The notes under the pieces are model-generated. The model saw only the letters and a list, made by a program, of their open reading frames with translations, did no database searches and was not told where the DNA came from. A program made the position numbers and the translations under genes. A stretch of 63,322 bases of DNA, counting the filler, from Nemertoderma westbladi (lineage: Eukaryota > Animalia > Xenacoelomorpha), in NCBI GenBank assembly GCA_032718475.1. It is 3 parts of 3 records of this genome, joined end to end, with 100 filler letters (N's around TTAATTAATTAA, not from the genome) between each part and the next. Parts side by side here need not be neighbours in the genome. Positions count along the whole stretch, not along the records: positions 1 to 23,284 come from JAUCBJ010000008.1; positions 23,385 to 52,637 come from JAUCBJ010001882.1; 1 more part is not named here. The stretch is one strand, 5' to 3'. This document shows, piece after piece, positions 11,380 to 24,454 of this stretch. Position 1 is the stretch's first letter, and each line of letters starts with the position of its first letter.

Positions 11380-13224
11380 CAGTGCCGGATTAACCTTAAG
11401 GCATATAAGGCACGTGCCTTAGGGCCAGCCGAAAATACGGGCCATTCTCAACGAGTCATTCTTGTGAAAAAAATATTTTTATCTGAAAAGTCCACATATT
11501 TTCTCACTAAAATTTATAGAAAACAGCTCGAAAGTGCATCTTTCGAGCATTTCTGATAGAAAGTGCAAAATTCTAGCTCAGTCGACCGACAGGTGCTGTG
11601 TTATTAGTTAGAGACCTGATGGCAGGGAAATAATAAAACATGGGCAGTAAAACTTTAAAGTGCTAATTATGAACAATGGAGAATTTAATTTTATTTATTT
11701 GTGAGGAATTATTTGTAGTTATGCTCTTAAACTTTCTGGAACAACCAAATAATGACGGGGTGACATACTGGAAATACTGTTCATTGTAAATGTATGGCGT
11801 GGAGATATGGTAGTGCGAAATTATTATTATTATTTTTTTTTATAAATATAGGCCTTAATAGATAAAAAAAAAAGGATAAATTTATTGTAGATAGAATAGT
11901 TTTGGTGATAAAAAAAAACGTGTCAGAAATAACTTCTTGTCACAAATTTAATTTAACCGAAATTCAGATGTTCTGCCCTCGTGTATTGAATTTTGCATTC
12001 GATGGCCTTTTAGGTGCAATTCCTGCAAAACCTAAAAGCATAATTGGGCAGCATATTTGAATTTGGTAAATTAAAATTAGTGACAAAAAGTACTTTTTTC
12101 CAAGACTGTTTTCTATCGGAGAACATTACTTTCTCAGCAAGTCCAAATCTAGATCAGAAATATTATATCTTTGCACAAAGCCCACACTTTTGGTGTGTTA
12201 TATTTCTCAGCAAGTCCTGTAAAGATAAGTAGACCTACCGTGCAAAACCTACCCTACAGAATATAAATAACACATTCCCACGATCCGATCAAAATTGCTA
12301 AATACCTACTGGGGCCTAGTCAGCCTTAAGGGGGCCAACTCTAACCACCACAGAAATGAAATTTTTAAAATTTGCGCAATTTTTTTGTATTTTGATAGAA
12401 GGGCTTTCATAAGGTGATATCGGTATTCAACATTGAATTATTTTTTGACCTCAAAACTGCTCTTTTCAACAACATAATATATTGCTGATATTTATGATTC
12501 TCTGTATAAAACAACCTTTTTATCAGTTGTCGATTTTGACTTTTTTTCATCACTAAATTCCCTACTACTATTTTATTTTTTACTCAATTGCCATCAAACA
12601 TATACCAAAATGTTCAGCAGCTTTAGGACTACTATCGTTGGTTTTGTAAAACATTGCCATTTGGATCTTCTAGAGCCGATTTTGTAACAATTTTTTTTGC
12701 ACCTAATTTTGAAAAAACCGACCTGCTCAAAAAGTGCGATATTTTTCGAACAAACGGTTTATGAATTTATCTATACTCAGTTTTCATACTGTAGTATATA
12801 CAAGATCACAGATCATTGTGTTAAAGTTTCAGAATAGTAGTTTTATAAATTAAACAAATAGATTTTGGGTAATGCAGTAATGGTCCCCTTAATATATTAA
12901 AAAATTAAAGCTTGAGAAATTCTACCAAAACCATTACGCTTTTTTATAGCAAAGGTTTTATATGCCGTTTAGTAATGTTACAATTCTTGATGAAAACTAC
13001 TTTTGCAAAGTAGGCCTACTTATTATTAAAGTACTTAGTAGTTATTTGCAGTCAGTCAACCAACGAAAATACTTTATATTTCCTTCGCAACATTTTCACA
13101 ATTTCAGTTGTTTTTAGCAGCTTTTTATTTTGAAAGGGTTTGCGGAAAAATATCAATTTTCGGGCCATTTTTGGAAATTACTAAAATGTGCCTTAAGGGC
13201 CACCAGAGACTTAATCCGGCACTG
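11380..13224. mobile_element. hAT-type MITE
   Basis: TIR CAGTGCCGGATTAA...TTAATCCGGCACTG; 8-bp TSD GGCCTTTC/GACCTTTC; no ORF. Confidence 0.85.
12330..12888. mobile_element. TTAA-flanked (Kolobok-type) MITE nested in the hAT MITE
   Basis: TTAA|GGGGGCCA...TGGTCCCC|TTAA. Confidence 0.6.
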
Positions 13225-13377
13225 GACCTTTCCCTAGCAACCGCTGTATATTTAATGTAATTATGATTGAAACTTGGGATAAACAACCTGTCTAGCAATA
13301 GAAGATGGTCAGTACTGACATTGGGAGATGATACATGTTTCCATAGCAACACAGTGACCTATCCCTGGCAACTGCAT

Positions 13378-14052
13378 GAAATTTAATGCAATTATGATTG
13401 TAAGTGGAGATAATCAACATACCTAACAATATAACATGGTTAGTAGTGTTATTACAGTTCATATACGTATCCATAACACGGTGACCTTTCCAAAGCAACT
13501 GTTGGGAATTTGTGTAATTAGGATGCAACTCGAGATAAACAACGCGTATTGCAATAAAAGATTGTTAGTAGTTATATTAGATCTGATTCATGTTTCCATA
13601 GCAACAAAGTAAAAGTTTGCACTTTAGGCTTATTGGGATAATGTGTGTTTCTATATCAAATGTACCAGTATATTAATTAATACAGTCATAATGTCATATT
13701 GTTGGAATATGACCAAATAGATTTTAGATTGTAGAGTTTTATCAATTGGGTATTGGCTTTTATTTGCCTTAAATATCTCATGGAATCCGTTTAATTTTCC
13801 TTTTCTTATCTGTTGCCTCCACGGTCAGTTTTTCGGGAAATTTATCTTCGTGGTTTAATGCACTCCTCACACAAAGCTCTGGCGTCGTATATTTTTCTCC
13901 GTACCTGTCTTTTATTTGCCATACTTTCTCTTTTGTGCATTTTTTTCTTTTTTGTTTATAACATAAATCATTGTTACCATGGCAACATTGCAGAATTCTA
14001 GAACAAATGTAAATATTATATACTATTCTAGAACATAAATATAATAAAAAAT
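13378..14052 (+). repeat. Near-identical direct duplication of 10608-11283
   Basis: About 675 bp visibly shared; ORFs 11043-11231 and 13813-14001 differ at one residue. Confidence 0.9.
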
Positions 14053-15630
14053 ATAATGTTCTAAAACATATAGCTAGTTATTTTTCAAATTTAAAATTGC
14101 TAGTAATTAAAAAAAATTCATAAAATTTTTGGGGTGCGAAATGCCCAAAAGTCAAATTAAGGCAATCATAAGACAGTTACGGAGAAAAATATACGACACC
14201 AGGACGACGCTTTGTGTCAGGAGTTCATTAACTATGAAGATAAATTCTCTGAAAAACTGACAGAAAACATATGGAGGCAACAGATAAGAAAAGGAAAATT
14301 CAACGGGGATTCCATGAGATATTAAAGGCCAAAAATAGCCAATACCCAATTGATAAATATACTAATTAGTTACATCGGTATACAAAACTATATAATCAAT
14401 ATTAATTTACATGTATTCAGAAATTTATTTAAAAATAACATTTTTAAATTTACTAGCAAATTTTAAAATTAAAAAAAACTAGCTATATGTTCTAGAACAT
14501 TATATTTTTTATTTTATTTATGTTCTTGAATAGTATATAATACTTTTATATTTTTCTAGAATTCTTCAACATTGTCATATTAACAATGGTATATGTTTTA
14601 AAAATGTAGTGCTATACGGAACTCTAGTCCAATTAATTATGGGACTAAATCTGACATATTAAAGGTTTTTGAAACAACATATAGTGCTGATGTCCCTGAG
14701 TATTTTCATGCTAAAGCCTTTGATGCCCCTTTCATACTTCATTGCCTTCGACCTGTATGATGTTCCACCATACAAGACTAATTAACTAATAAAATAAAGA
14801 TAACATAAATCAGAATTGAACATACTGCCATGAAAGCTTGAAAATCAGTATCAGAAACTTACGTGGTAGTAGAAACCAAGTTAACATTAAGGGTAAGACC
14901 AAAATTCCAGCAAATTGGATTGATTTCTTAAGGAGATAGATATGCTCGAGTCCCTTATGACTGATCTAAAACCGTAATAAATCTGCACCTTACAAGCGAA
15001 ATAGTAAAAATTGTCTGAAGCACTTTTTATAGATTATTAGACATAACGTATATCAATCACATATGATTCGTATAATTAAAAGAAATGGTATAAGTATAAT
15101 ACTAGTTAATTTTATTTACAGTCTTGTGGCTGTGTATTTGATGTATAAACAAACACATTATCCTCATAAAGAAAAAAGTGCAATCATTTTTAAACATGGA
15201 TATCACTTTGGAAACGTGCATCAGCTCCAATATAACTACTAACCATCTTAAATTGCTATATATGCTGTTTATCTCCAGTTTCCATCTTAAATACACTAAA
15301 TTTCAGGCATTTGCTAGGGAAAGGTCACCTTGTTGCTATAAAACGTAAAAGCAAAACAAATTAATATTTTTAATATTTTTAAACTAACCAAGTTACATAA
15401 TAGGAATTTTACTTTGAGGCGAGTTTCAATAACAGATACGACAATTTTACCCGGTTGCTAAGGAAATGTCACCATGTTTCAATGGAAGTAGTAAACACAT
15501 AAACCCATATAAGTCTACACATATTTTTACATATATAGTCATATTTTCATTGTTTTTTCCGCCAATTAACGATTATCACCTTAAGCGATCCCACAATAAG
15601 GAAGATGGTGTATATATATAAAACAGAACT

Positions 15631-15753
15631 AAGACAATTGCCCCCGGACAATTTTCCCCCTTGGACAATTGCCCCCGATGACACTTAACATAATATTAGA
15701 AGCAATCGTCAGAGAGCAAATTGTCCTAAGCGAGGGGGGGGGGCAATTGTCTT
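15631..15753. mobile_element. Small MULE-like MITE remnant
   Basis: AAGACAATTGCCCCC...GGGGGCAATTGTCTT inverted ends with repeated GGACAATTGCCCC motifs. Confidence 0.5.
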
Positions 15754-17399
15754 GGTGGGTGAACGCATTCTGATATTGAAATGTGATTTCTGATATCCTT
15801 GAAATTCAAATGTCATTTTGAAAAACCAATGATATTATTCTGAAATCGAAATGGATTTATTTAACTCAAATCGTAACATTATGAAATAAAAATAAAAATA
15901 CTGAAACCCAATTAGACCTTTCTGAAATCAATTTGATGTTTTTGAAATACACGTGGAAAAGGTGTAGACAACAATATTTATACTCAGGTGTAGACAACAA
16001 TATTTCTACTCAACAATGAATGAATTACCGATTATCCTTATAGTGAAATTTGTAGTAGAATAGTTACGACCTCTTGTACTTTTAGCAATGACATTGTACA
16101 ATCTTGTGGGCCGGGTGCAGGGGCCTTCTTGGGGATTCTTCATTTGAATCTTGGATAGCAAACTGTATAGATATCAGAGTGGAAAGTATCAGTAAAACAG
16201 TGGCTGAAATTATTGGGCGGGGCTCTGAAATGAGATATTAATCCTTATACTCTCTGTAGTTAAGAAGTTGCTTAGGCTTTGTTACTACCAATATTCCGAA
16301 AGTCCGTCTAACCTCCTCTGGTAACATCCATTCATTTTCAAGGCCATTTGAATTCGAATAGGATACAAAATAAATTAAAGATTACAATTGAAAATTATTT
16401 TCCCGAGCATCTTAACGTTAGCTAATTTAATCGTTTTAATAACGCGACCTTCATTTATTTAATTTTCCACTGATACACTATAATGTTACACTTTGTAATT
16501 AGTTGACCCGACATTCGTTCTCCCAAATCGACTGATACCACACTCCTTGGATAACTATTGATGAGTCTACAACCAGCAATGTCATGAATACTAAAGCCAT
16601 GTCTTAATATTTGCAAGTTATAATCACGTAATGTTCAGTATGTTTAGCCTTCATTATGTTGTTCCAATTGAATTCATTACTAAAACTATTTCACCAAGTC
16701 AAATCGACATATTATCACCAAAATGCTCGTTCATGCCTTATGGAGTTGAAGTCCACTGAATAAATGAAAGTTTGATGTTAAAAATCCTACTGCACTTAAT
16801 TCATGGGATTAAACGTCGAATTAATTATTCTAGTTTACTTCATCAAACTCATTATATTGCATGGGAATGTTTTACAGACTTGACAGTTTTATTGAAACCG
16901 ACTGACAGTTTTCAGGAAAACTGATTAATTATGAATTAAGTTTTCTTAGGTCAAGAGGATGCAGTCAACTGTAAGGTGCTACTCAAACATTAAATTCGAA
17001 AAAGAGGTTGTTTTAATATTGCTGAAACAATTATCTATTAATCGCAGTAAAATTACTAACTGATTATTTTCTCTCCACTAACCTCTATCAAATCAAACAT
17101 ACTCTAGTATAGAAGTTCAGTTCATTAATGTTAATATATCTTCACTATCCATTTGAAAGGGACAGTTATCGCTCCAGATAGACAAATTTTCATAAAATAG
17201 TGGCATACGAGTGGAGTTTCAGATGGGACACCCAGGCAGGGTTGCAGGGTTTGGGGTGAGCCACGAAGTCTAGGTGACCCTTACAGTAGCGGTAAAATTA
17301 ATGGACTGTCTGATGTCATCGTTGTCATTTCCATTATTGTTGTTAGAAATCTTTGAACACTAATATGTCAAGTACATGTCTTACTAACTGTATGTATGT

Positions 17400-17520
17400 T
17401 GACTGTGTCATGTACAATGCACACATCTCCAACCAGACACCATATAACATTGGAGGTCTCTAAATGGTCTCCCCATGCTTGACACTTGAACAAAGCAGCC
17501 TCTGCTTTGCATCGCTTAGC
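17400..17520 (+). mobile_element. RTE-type LINE family A internal fragment
   Basis: CTGTGTCATGTACAATGCACACATCTCCAACCAGAC matches 18840 onward. Confidence 0.7.
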
Positions 17521-18774
17521 AACCTATGTAAAATCTGGAAATCAATAGGAAATTCATAAAAGGAATTTGTACCAAAAATCAAAAAAAAAATCAAAAAAAA
17601 TCATTTTGTGTAATCACGCAAATTTATTGGAGTAAATTATTGAATCATTTGTTCAGGTAAACCCGAGCAGGGATTTGTTCACAGGATCAGTGTGCAAGTT
17701 CCTTCTCTAGATCTCATAGTGTGGCAACCTTCTGGCGCCAATAAATCTGGAGTCCAGCCAATTACATACCTCCCCTTGCTTCTCAAGGATAAATATAGGT
17801 AGGGGTGTGGCGTGACATTGTTTACGGGAGACGCCTCTATGTAGATATATATAGTATCGTATTGTGTGTTTTAAAATATTGCATGTAAATCGTTTTTTAT
17901 TGATGTCTGCTGATCGTGTCAGTCATAATAATAAGGAAACAATTCCAATAATAATTTCCTGAACTGATTTACTGCGACATTTATTGTTAAAATACAATTT
18001 CTTTGTTGTCACTTCCTTCATATTATTCATGGCTGTTATTGAGAATCACAGCACGACAAAGATTAACAAGCAATCATTATAATGCGGCACCGATTTAATT
18101 ACCCATTGTGTAATGAAATAAAAATAATTTGTAAAAAAAATATTATTGAAGAAATAATGAGTTGACAAGACATGCAGTATGACTAAAGGGTGGGAAATGG
18201 TCAAAAATCTTCTAGGGAGTAAAACATGTCTTGTTTATTCTATGGGTAGGTAAGTAGCAGGTTGTAGTGAGTGATTCTAACCAAAAAAGGTTTTTGTGTT
18301 AAAAGGAACTAAACAGCACATTTGCTAAAGGAGTGGGTTTGAGTTTAGTTTTAACATAAACGAATCTAAAGTGCAAACATTATTCTTGAGAGAAATATAG
18401 AAAGATATACAGTATATATATGAAAGGCCTAAATACTGTAGTTCTCCAAAACATAATAATATCGCATTGACATGTCCAAGTACTTGCAACCCAGCACCAT
18501 AGCTGAAATCCTGTAGGCCTTCAACATCTCACCCGCAGTTCATAACAATGCTAGGCCCCGCAGATTATCACGAAATAGGCTCACACCCCAGTTAATTGGC
18601 ATAGTGGTAGAGTCGTGACTTTTGATTTATAAGGGGGAAAGAGGCGAGATAAGATGAGAGATACGCAAAGCTACACTTTTATTTTCTCCCTAAAATCATC
18701 ACGCACAGAATCTATTAATTATTATTAATTGTAATTGGCCCTAAATAATAAATATACAATAGAAATAAGTAGTA

Positions 18775-19212
18775 ATGCTGGGCTCTAACTGCACCAAATC
18801 TCGGGATGGCATATTCACAAGAATGTTACGCCGGGTTCACTGTGTCAAGTACAATGCACACATCTCCAACCAGACACTATATAACATTGGAGGTGTCTCA
18901 TTGGTTCCCCCAAGCTTGACACTAGCTAGAACAAAGCCGCCCCTGCTTTGCAAGACATTGCTTTCGCCATGAGGAACAGCCAGTGCATAATCTTGTGCTG
19001 TGGCAGCCTCATGGAGTGAATAAGCATGGTGGACAGCCCATGACTTTCTTGAGACATATCTTAAAGGACACTGGCCTTGAAGATGCGGTTGATCTAGCAA
19101 ATGTCATGGGTGTTAGGGAGTTGTGGTGGCACAATTTTGTCGACAAGCTGGCACAGCATTCTGAAAAATGCAGCTGCAATGCAGCATGCCGATCCTAGCT
19201 AGTAGTAGTAGT
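18775..19212 (+). mobile_element. RTE-type LINE family A, 3' end
   Basis: Encodes FTRMLRR..HNLVLWQP..GGQPMTF..LKDTGL..RELW (RTE C-terminus); ends GCAGCATGCCGATCC(TAG)n. Confidence 0.85.
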
Positions 19213-20394
19213 TGTGGTTGGCTGTAGGTTTCTTTGTGATAGAAGATAATGAAGTACATTGCCCAATGCCCACCCACCCGAAAGTAATTCATAATAGAAT
19301 TGTAGGCATCTATCTATATTATGAAATATAAAGATTGGCTATTTATAATTAAATGTGAGGGCAAAGCCAAATTATATAGGTATAAAATTTTGGTGTGGAT
19401 ATAAATTATTTTCAATGATGGACATGCTGGGTTTAAATTTTCTAGAAAGATCATAGATATCGAAATTTTTTTGAATATGCAGAATTTAGCCCACCAAGAC
19501 TAGTAGTATTGTTGTCCTAGGTATTATTATTGAGGCTTTCAATCGTTAGTCTCATAATAATATCAAAATATGTGAAATATTTTAAAAAGCGACTTTGACC
19601 ACGAAAAATGTACTTTATTGAAAAATGGATTATAGGGGGGTAGGCAAAATGTTTGGATTTGCAGCTGCTTTTGAGACGATTTGGTGTTAAAAAAAGAAAT
19701 TAAATTTCGTGGATATTCTAGACCTTTTGGTGGATGTAAAAATCGAACCATAGGTCGAAATGCAAAACTAATTGGAATTCGGATTCAGCGACCCCAAACT
19801 GATGTAAAAAAAATTTCAACCTAATCTAAGAAATAAATTTGAGATCAAAAAAATCAGAAAAAAACGGGGAAACAAATTTGTTGAAAAAATTCCAAAGATT
19901 TTGTACCTCCAATTACGATGAAATTTGATCTGGTAGCAATTGCAATTTTATAAGGTTTACCACGCAGTAGTTCTACTAGACCCAGGTACAGATCCAGAGA
20001 CCCTGCCCATCATCCTCACCCTGAAGGCGCCACCCCATGATTGATGCAGTCGATATGTGAAGGTGGTGGTTTGCCTGCGGAGCGAGGACACCATCTCAAG
20101 AAGCTACGAATGCTGAAAAGTCGCTGCGCTAAGCCCAAACAGTGTTCGTATTCAAACAGCGTCTAAACAGGGTCCTTGTCTTCTTTTTTATATCTGGTTT
20201 AACATTAACAGTATATAAAATCTACAGAAATAAAATAGGTCGTGTATTTTGTTAATGAAACTTCTCACTTGTTTAGTTCTTGTCATTATTTTAGTTTTAT
20301 TTAAATATTTTAGATACCTGTAAATGGCGAAAGACAAACTTAATACGAAATAAATAAGTATACATTGAATACATTAGAAAGAACAGATCTCGAG

Positions 20395-20627
20395 ATGGCG
20401 GAGGTATCTGCAGTTGATGTTGTTTATGGGCTGAAGATTTGCTGCTCCGCATTTGGTTTGTTTGGCAACTGCTTTGTTATGGTTGTCCTAATTGTAACCA
20501 AAGTGGTCAAAACTAATACTAATCTCTTTATTCTCCATCAAAGCATGATCGATAGTCTATCATGTATTCTATTCCTCTTGTCATTGAGCAAGCAAGACAC
20601 ACCAGTACCGGACCCTGGAGGATTTCG
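20395..20627 (+). CDS. Class A (rhodopsin-like) GPCR, first coding exon (TM1-TM2)
   Basis: GLFGNCFVMVVLI (TM1 GN) and TNLFILHQSMID (TM2 Asp); exon ends at a canonical donor G|GTAAGT at 20628. Later exons were not found before the gap. Confidence 0.85.
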
Positions 20628-21997
20628 GTAAGTAATAATAAATATATTACCTTAGATATAAAACTAAAAATCTTTAGGATTAAATCTAGATTATTCAATG
20701 GACATGTAATTTTAAAATGTAGTCAATATCATGGGGCCGTAAAGGTGTACTATTTTCTCAAAGTGGGTCATATTGGAATATCGAATATGGCGAATAATAA
20801 AATAAAAGTAGACAGAAATCATAATTCTGACTGAAGCTAAATATGACTGACTGACTCTACCTTATGGTGAGCTACAACTACTTGTAGTTTACGTTTTAGT
20901 TACGATAGTTGAGTTTGAGTAAAAAAATAACGAAATTTCAAATTGCGAATTTTCTAATGTAAAATTTAATAGTGAACCATAATGAACCATAAAGGAAACC
21001 TTAATGTAGTTATGATCAATAGCCAAGTTTGAATATCAACAAACTATGAAAAATTGCTCTTGGAGTAGGGGATGTTTCATATCCTATAATGGAGGTTTTA
21101 CATGAGGCAGAAATACAACATTAAACGTACCATCAGTAAGAAATTCCAAGATTATTGGCCAATAATATGTCAGTACTCTTCCACATCAAGGCAGATCCCC
21201 TTCAATCCAGTTCTAGACGCAATGCCTTTGCCCAATTACATATCATGCAAGACTTATCCTTTCAGACATTGTCATTTAAAAACAGTCTATTCGTTTGGAA
21301 TTGCAATACAATAAGGTGCAAAACATTTACACGTACGACAGAACTCCACATTATCATTGAAGTATCCAATTAAATACCAAGTTAGTTGGGAGATGTTAGA
21401 TCCGGTTTTTGTTATTATCTTCATATCACTATTATTCAACAATAGATTTAAACAAAAACTTCCCTTTTCTAGGCTACTTCCACTATTAGTTAGGAAGATT
21501 TAAATCAACCAGACAGGAGCTGTTAAGAGATTTGAAAATCAAGGAAAGAGCTATGGCAGTCCAGTAGCGAAGCTATGCTCCCAGATTCAATGGGGAAGTC
21601 TTAGAAAATGCTGCAATAGATGGTTGCAGAGTCATTCTCACTCATATAGTTAACATGCTATCAGGTATCCCAGATACCCAATGGAAATGATATTTATTTA
21701 TTTATTTATTTAATTTAATATCGTACGTTATTAACACAGTAATAAGTACAGCGTAGAAAAGTATACTAATAACTAGGTAGCACAAATAGAGTGTAAAGTA
21801 AGTAAATACAGAGCCAACAGGAACAGACAAACCAGGATTAATGATGGCACATGAATAGAATAGATGCACAACCAATATGAGACAAATGCACAAAAAATAA
21901 TGTTAAATCGTTTACACTGTGGCTATATACTCCAATATATCGTTTAGCTCGTTTGTACTAAAATAAGACCATATATATGCATAATATATATAAAAAA

Positions 21998-22460
21998 TTA
22001 CATTAAATTATATTTTCTCATAAATATATATAAACCACTCAGTCACTTAAAAATCGCTACTATTTTCTGACAATTTTCGGGTTTAACACAACCCTTCAAT
22101 GTTGTTCTAAAAAGGTTTTCCTCAATTTTAAAACAATTATGGAAAAATAATATTTTTTATTTATTTTTTTGCATGTGTTGGGCCGAGATTTGGCTCATCA
22201 GCTACACTAACCCGTGCAGGACACATGTTAATCTAACTAACTACACCAAAAACCAGCTAAACACACGCACGCAGAAACAAAATAGTATTGCATTCCAGAT
22301 CAAATACACAATCAGTCCCTTACCAACGCTAAATATTTTTAACTGATTTTACTCTTGCTAATTTTGGCCTAACTACGAAAATGGTTGGGATAATAGTAAC
22401 GATTTTTAAGTGACTGAGTGGTTTATATATATTTATGAGAAAATAGAATTTAATGTAATT
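21998..22460. mobile_element. MITE with ~65-bp TIRs
   Basis: TTTTCTCATAAATATATATAAACCACTCAGTCACTTAAAAATCG is inverted at about 22400-22445. Confidence 0.7.
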
Positions 22461-22791
22461 ATTTATTGGTACCCACCAGACACACGTATGGTTGGTGTTG
22501 AGAGAGATAATAAAATTTTTGTATATATAATATATATATAATATAATCTAGTGTTCTTGAACAATTCAATATTCATGAAATCGTTACAAAGTCGATTATG
22601 GTAGATAGCTGCTCAGTAGGGGGGGTAGGGGGGGGGGGGGGGGGGGGGGGGTGATCCCCTATTTTTGAAATTGTAAAAAAACTATTTTTGAAAATGCCTC
22701 TTTCATATTTTGTATAGATAGATATTCCAGTATTGGAAGACTAAATGGTTGGGGTCTAACTCCCTGGATGCTAAAATGAAAACGTAGAGTT

Positions 22792-22831
22792 TACCGATAG
22801 ATTTCTGCCTCAGTGGGCCTTCTTCAGGGTA
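22792..22831 (-). ncRNA. Candidate minimal type I hammerhead ribozyme (Penelope-type), possibly degenerate
   Basis: Minus strand reads TACC-CTGAAGA-A-GGCC-CACTGA-GGCA-GAAA-TCTA-TC-GGTA: both core boxes, stem I TACC/GGTA, stem II with one mismatch. Confidence 0.55.
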
Positions 22832-23284
22832 TTAATAAATCAAAATGGAATTATATATTAAAACTAAACGAAAAAACACAGGAAAAAACAGTTGGCCTAA
22901 TTTAGCCTAATTAATAATTCGAGGTTGTATTTACCAGTAAAAACCTATAGTACAGTAGTAGTCCTAAAAGTTCATTGATGCATATCATCCTAAAAAAACA
23001 CTAAGGTATGAACAGTCTGGCGGTGTATTTTATAAAATGACATGGTGCTCAACTTCCTGATAACAACAATATGAATTTCATAATTTTGCAATGCAGTAAT
23101 GTATCAAAATAGTCTGGCGGTGTAATATACCAACCTGCAAGCTGTAAGGCAGGACAAAACACTGCTAACTGGTCTACTGAAGCAAAGAGTAAAGCTGTCT
23201 GTACCGGTTCACTGTAGCAGTGATAAGTAAACAGTAGTGGGCATGGCCTCTATAGCATGGCCTCTGGTGCATGGTAGTGGGCAT

Positions 23285-23384
23285 NNNNNNNNNNNNNNNN
23301 NNNNNNNNNNNNNNNNNNNNNNNNNNNNTTAATTAATTAANNNNNNNNNNNNNNNNNNNNNNNNNNNNNNNNNNNNNNNNNNNN
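23285..23384. other. Artificial gap/contig spacer
   Basis: N44-TTAATTAATTAA-N44; the linker has stops in all six frames. Confidence 0.95.
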
Positions 23385-23800
23385 GACACCAAATCTCTGG
23401 ATGGCACATTCACGAGAATGGTACGCCGGGTTCACTGTATCAAGTACAATGAACACATCTCCAACCAGACACTATATAACATTGGAGGTATCTCATTGGT
23501 TCCCCAAGATTGACACTAGAACAATGCCGCCTCCGCTTTGCAGGAGATTGCTTTCGCCGTGAGATCCAGCCAGTGCATAATCTTGTGCTTTGGCAGCCTC
23601 ATAGAGTGAATAAGCATGGTGGACGGCCCATGACTTTCTTGAGACGCATCTTAAAGGACACTGGCCTTGAAGATGCGGATGATCTAGCAGTTGTCAAGGG
23701 TGATAGGGATTTGTGGCGGCACAATTTTGTCGACAAGCCGGCACAACATTGTTAAAAATGCAGCTGCAATGCAGCATGCCGATCCTAGTCCTAGTAGTGG
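23385..23800 (+). mobile_element. RTE-type LINE family A, 3' end
   Basis: RLRFAGDCFRR..HNLVLWQP..GGRPMTFLRRILKDTGL, with the same GCAGCATGCCGATCC-TAG tail. Confidence 0.88.
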
Positions 23801-23830
23801 TACTAAATTATTAATTAATTTAATGCTTAC

Positions 23831-24291
23831 CTCGAACACGCGTAGAACCGTAATATATTGTCATCTCTAAATTCACAATTGACTAGTTGATGAATAACTT
23901 TTAGAATTTCATTTGCTTTTTTTTCATCTGAGTACTCATTGTCATCAGAGAGTTTAACGTAACCGTCGTTAACTATATGTTCAGGTTCGTAGTAATAGAA
24001 CACTGAGGTTTCTTTAGCTATAATATCGCCAATGAGTGATGTACCGCCCTTGCCTTCACCAAAGACCCAAACTATAGGTCTACCACTGGGTTTCGCAGCT
24101 TTCTGCGTACCATACGAATTGTTTTTCATGTAATTTCCTTTGTCATAATAGTCGATATTTTTAATAACATAGTCTGATGAAGTTAAAATGTTCTTAATCC
24201 CAGTATCAGACAAAATGTAAATGAGGATCAGTATAATCGTGCTAAGCACAGCCAACTTAGCTTTCCAATACATTGTTACGTGATTGAGCAT
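23831..24291 (-). CDS. Golgi carbohydrate sulfotransferase (CHST1/3-like), first coding exon
   Basis: Type II signal-anchor (LAVLSTIILILIYIL); PAPS loop GKGGTSLIG, then VFYYYEP and LVNC as in Gal/GlcNAc-6-O-sulfotransferases; donor AG|GTAAGC at 23830. Confidence 0.8.
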
Positions 24292-24454
24292 GGTCAGTAG
24301 TATTGTTGAGAGTTCAGAGTAGTTTAGGCCTACACATAATACTGGTGAGATCTCAGTTAATCAATAATACAGTATCGTCCGACCCTACCTTCTGTCATAA
24401 GTAGCCTAATGTGTAAACATGGGTATTACTAATTGTAATATTCATAGTTTACAT

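Larger units (their letters stand above)
10360..15594. mobile_element. Large non-autonomous foldback/TIR DNA element with nested insertions
   Basis: Ends GTGGGGTCGCTTAAGG (10360) and CCTTAAGCGATCCCAC (15579-15594). Inverted homology extends about 250 bp (e.g. GTATCTGTTATTGAAACTCGCC / GGCGAGTTTCAATAACAGATAC). Internal inverted copies at 14150-14590. Confidence 0.7.

Noticed and set aside
18595-18630. tRNA gene
   Set aside because: Only an A-box-like TGGCATAGTGG; no T-loop/B box or acceptor stem; at most a SINE remnant.
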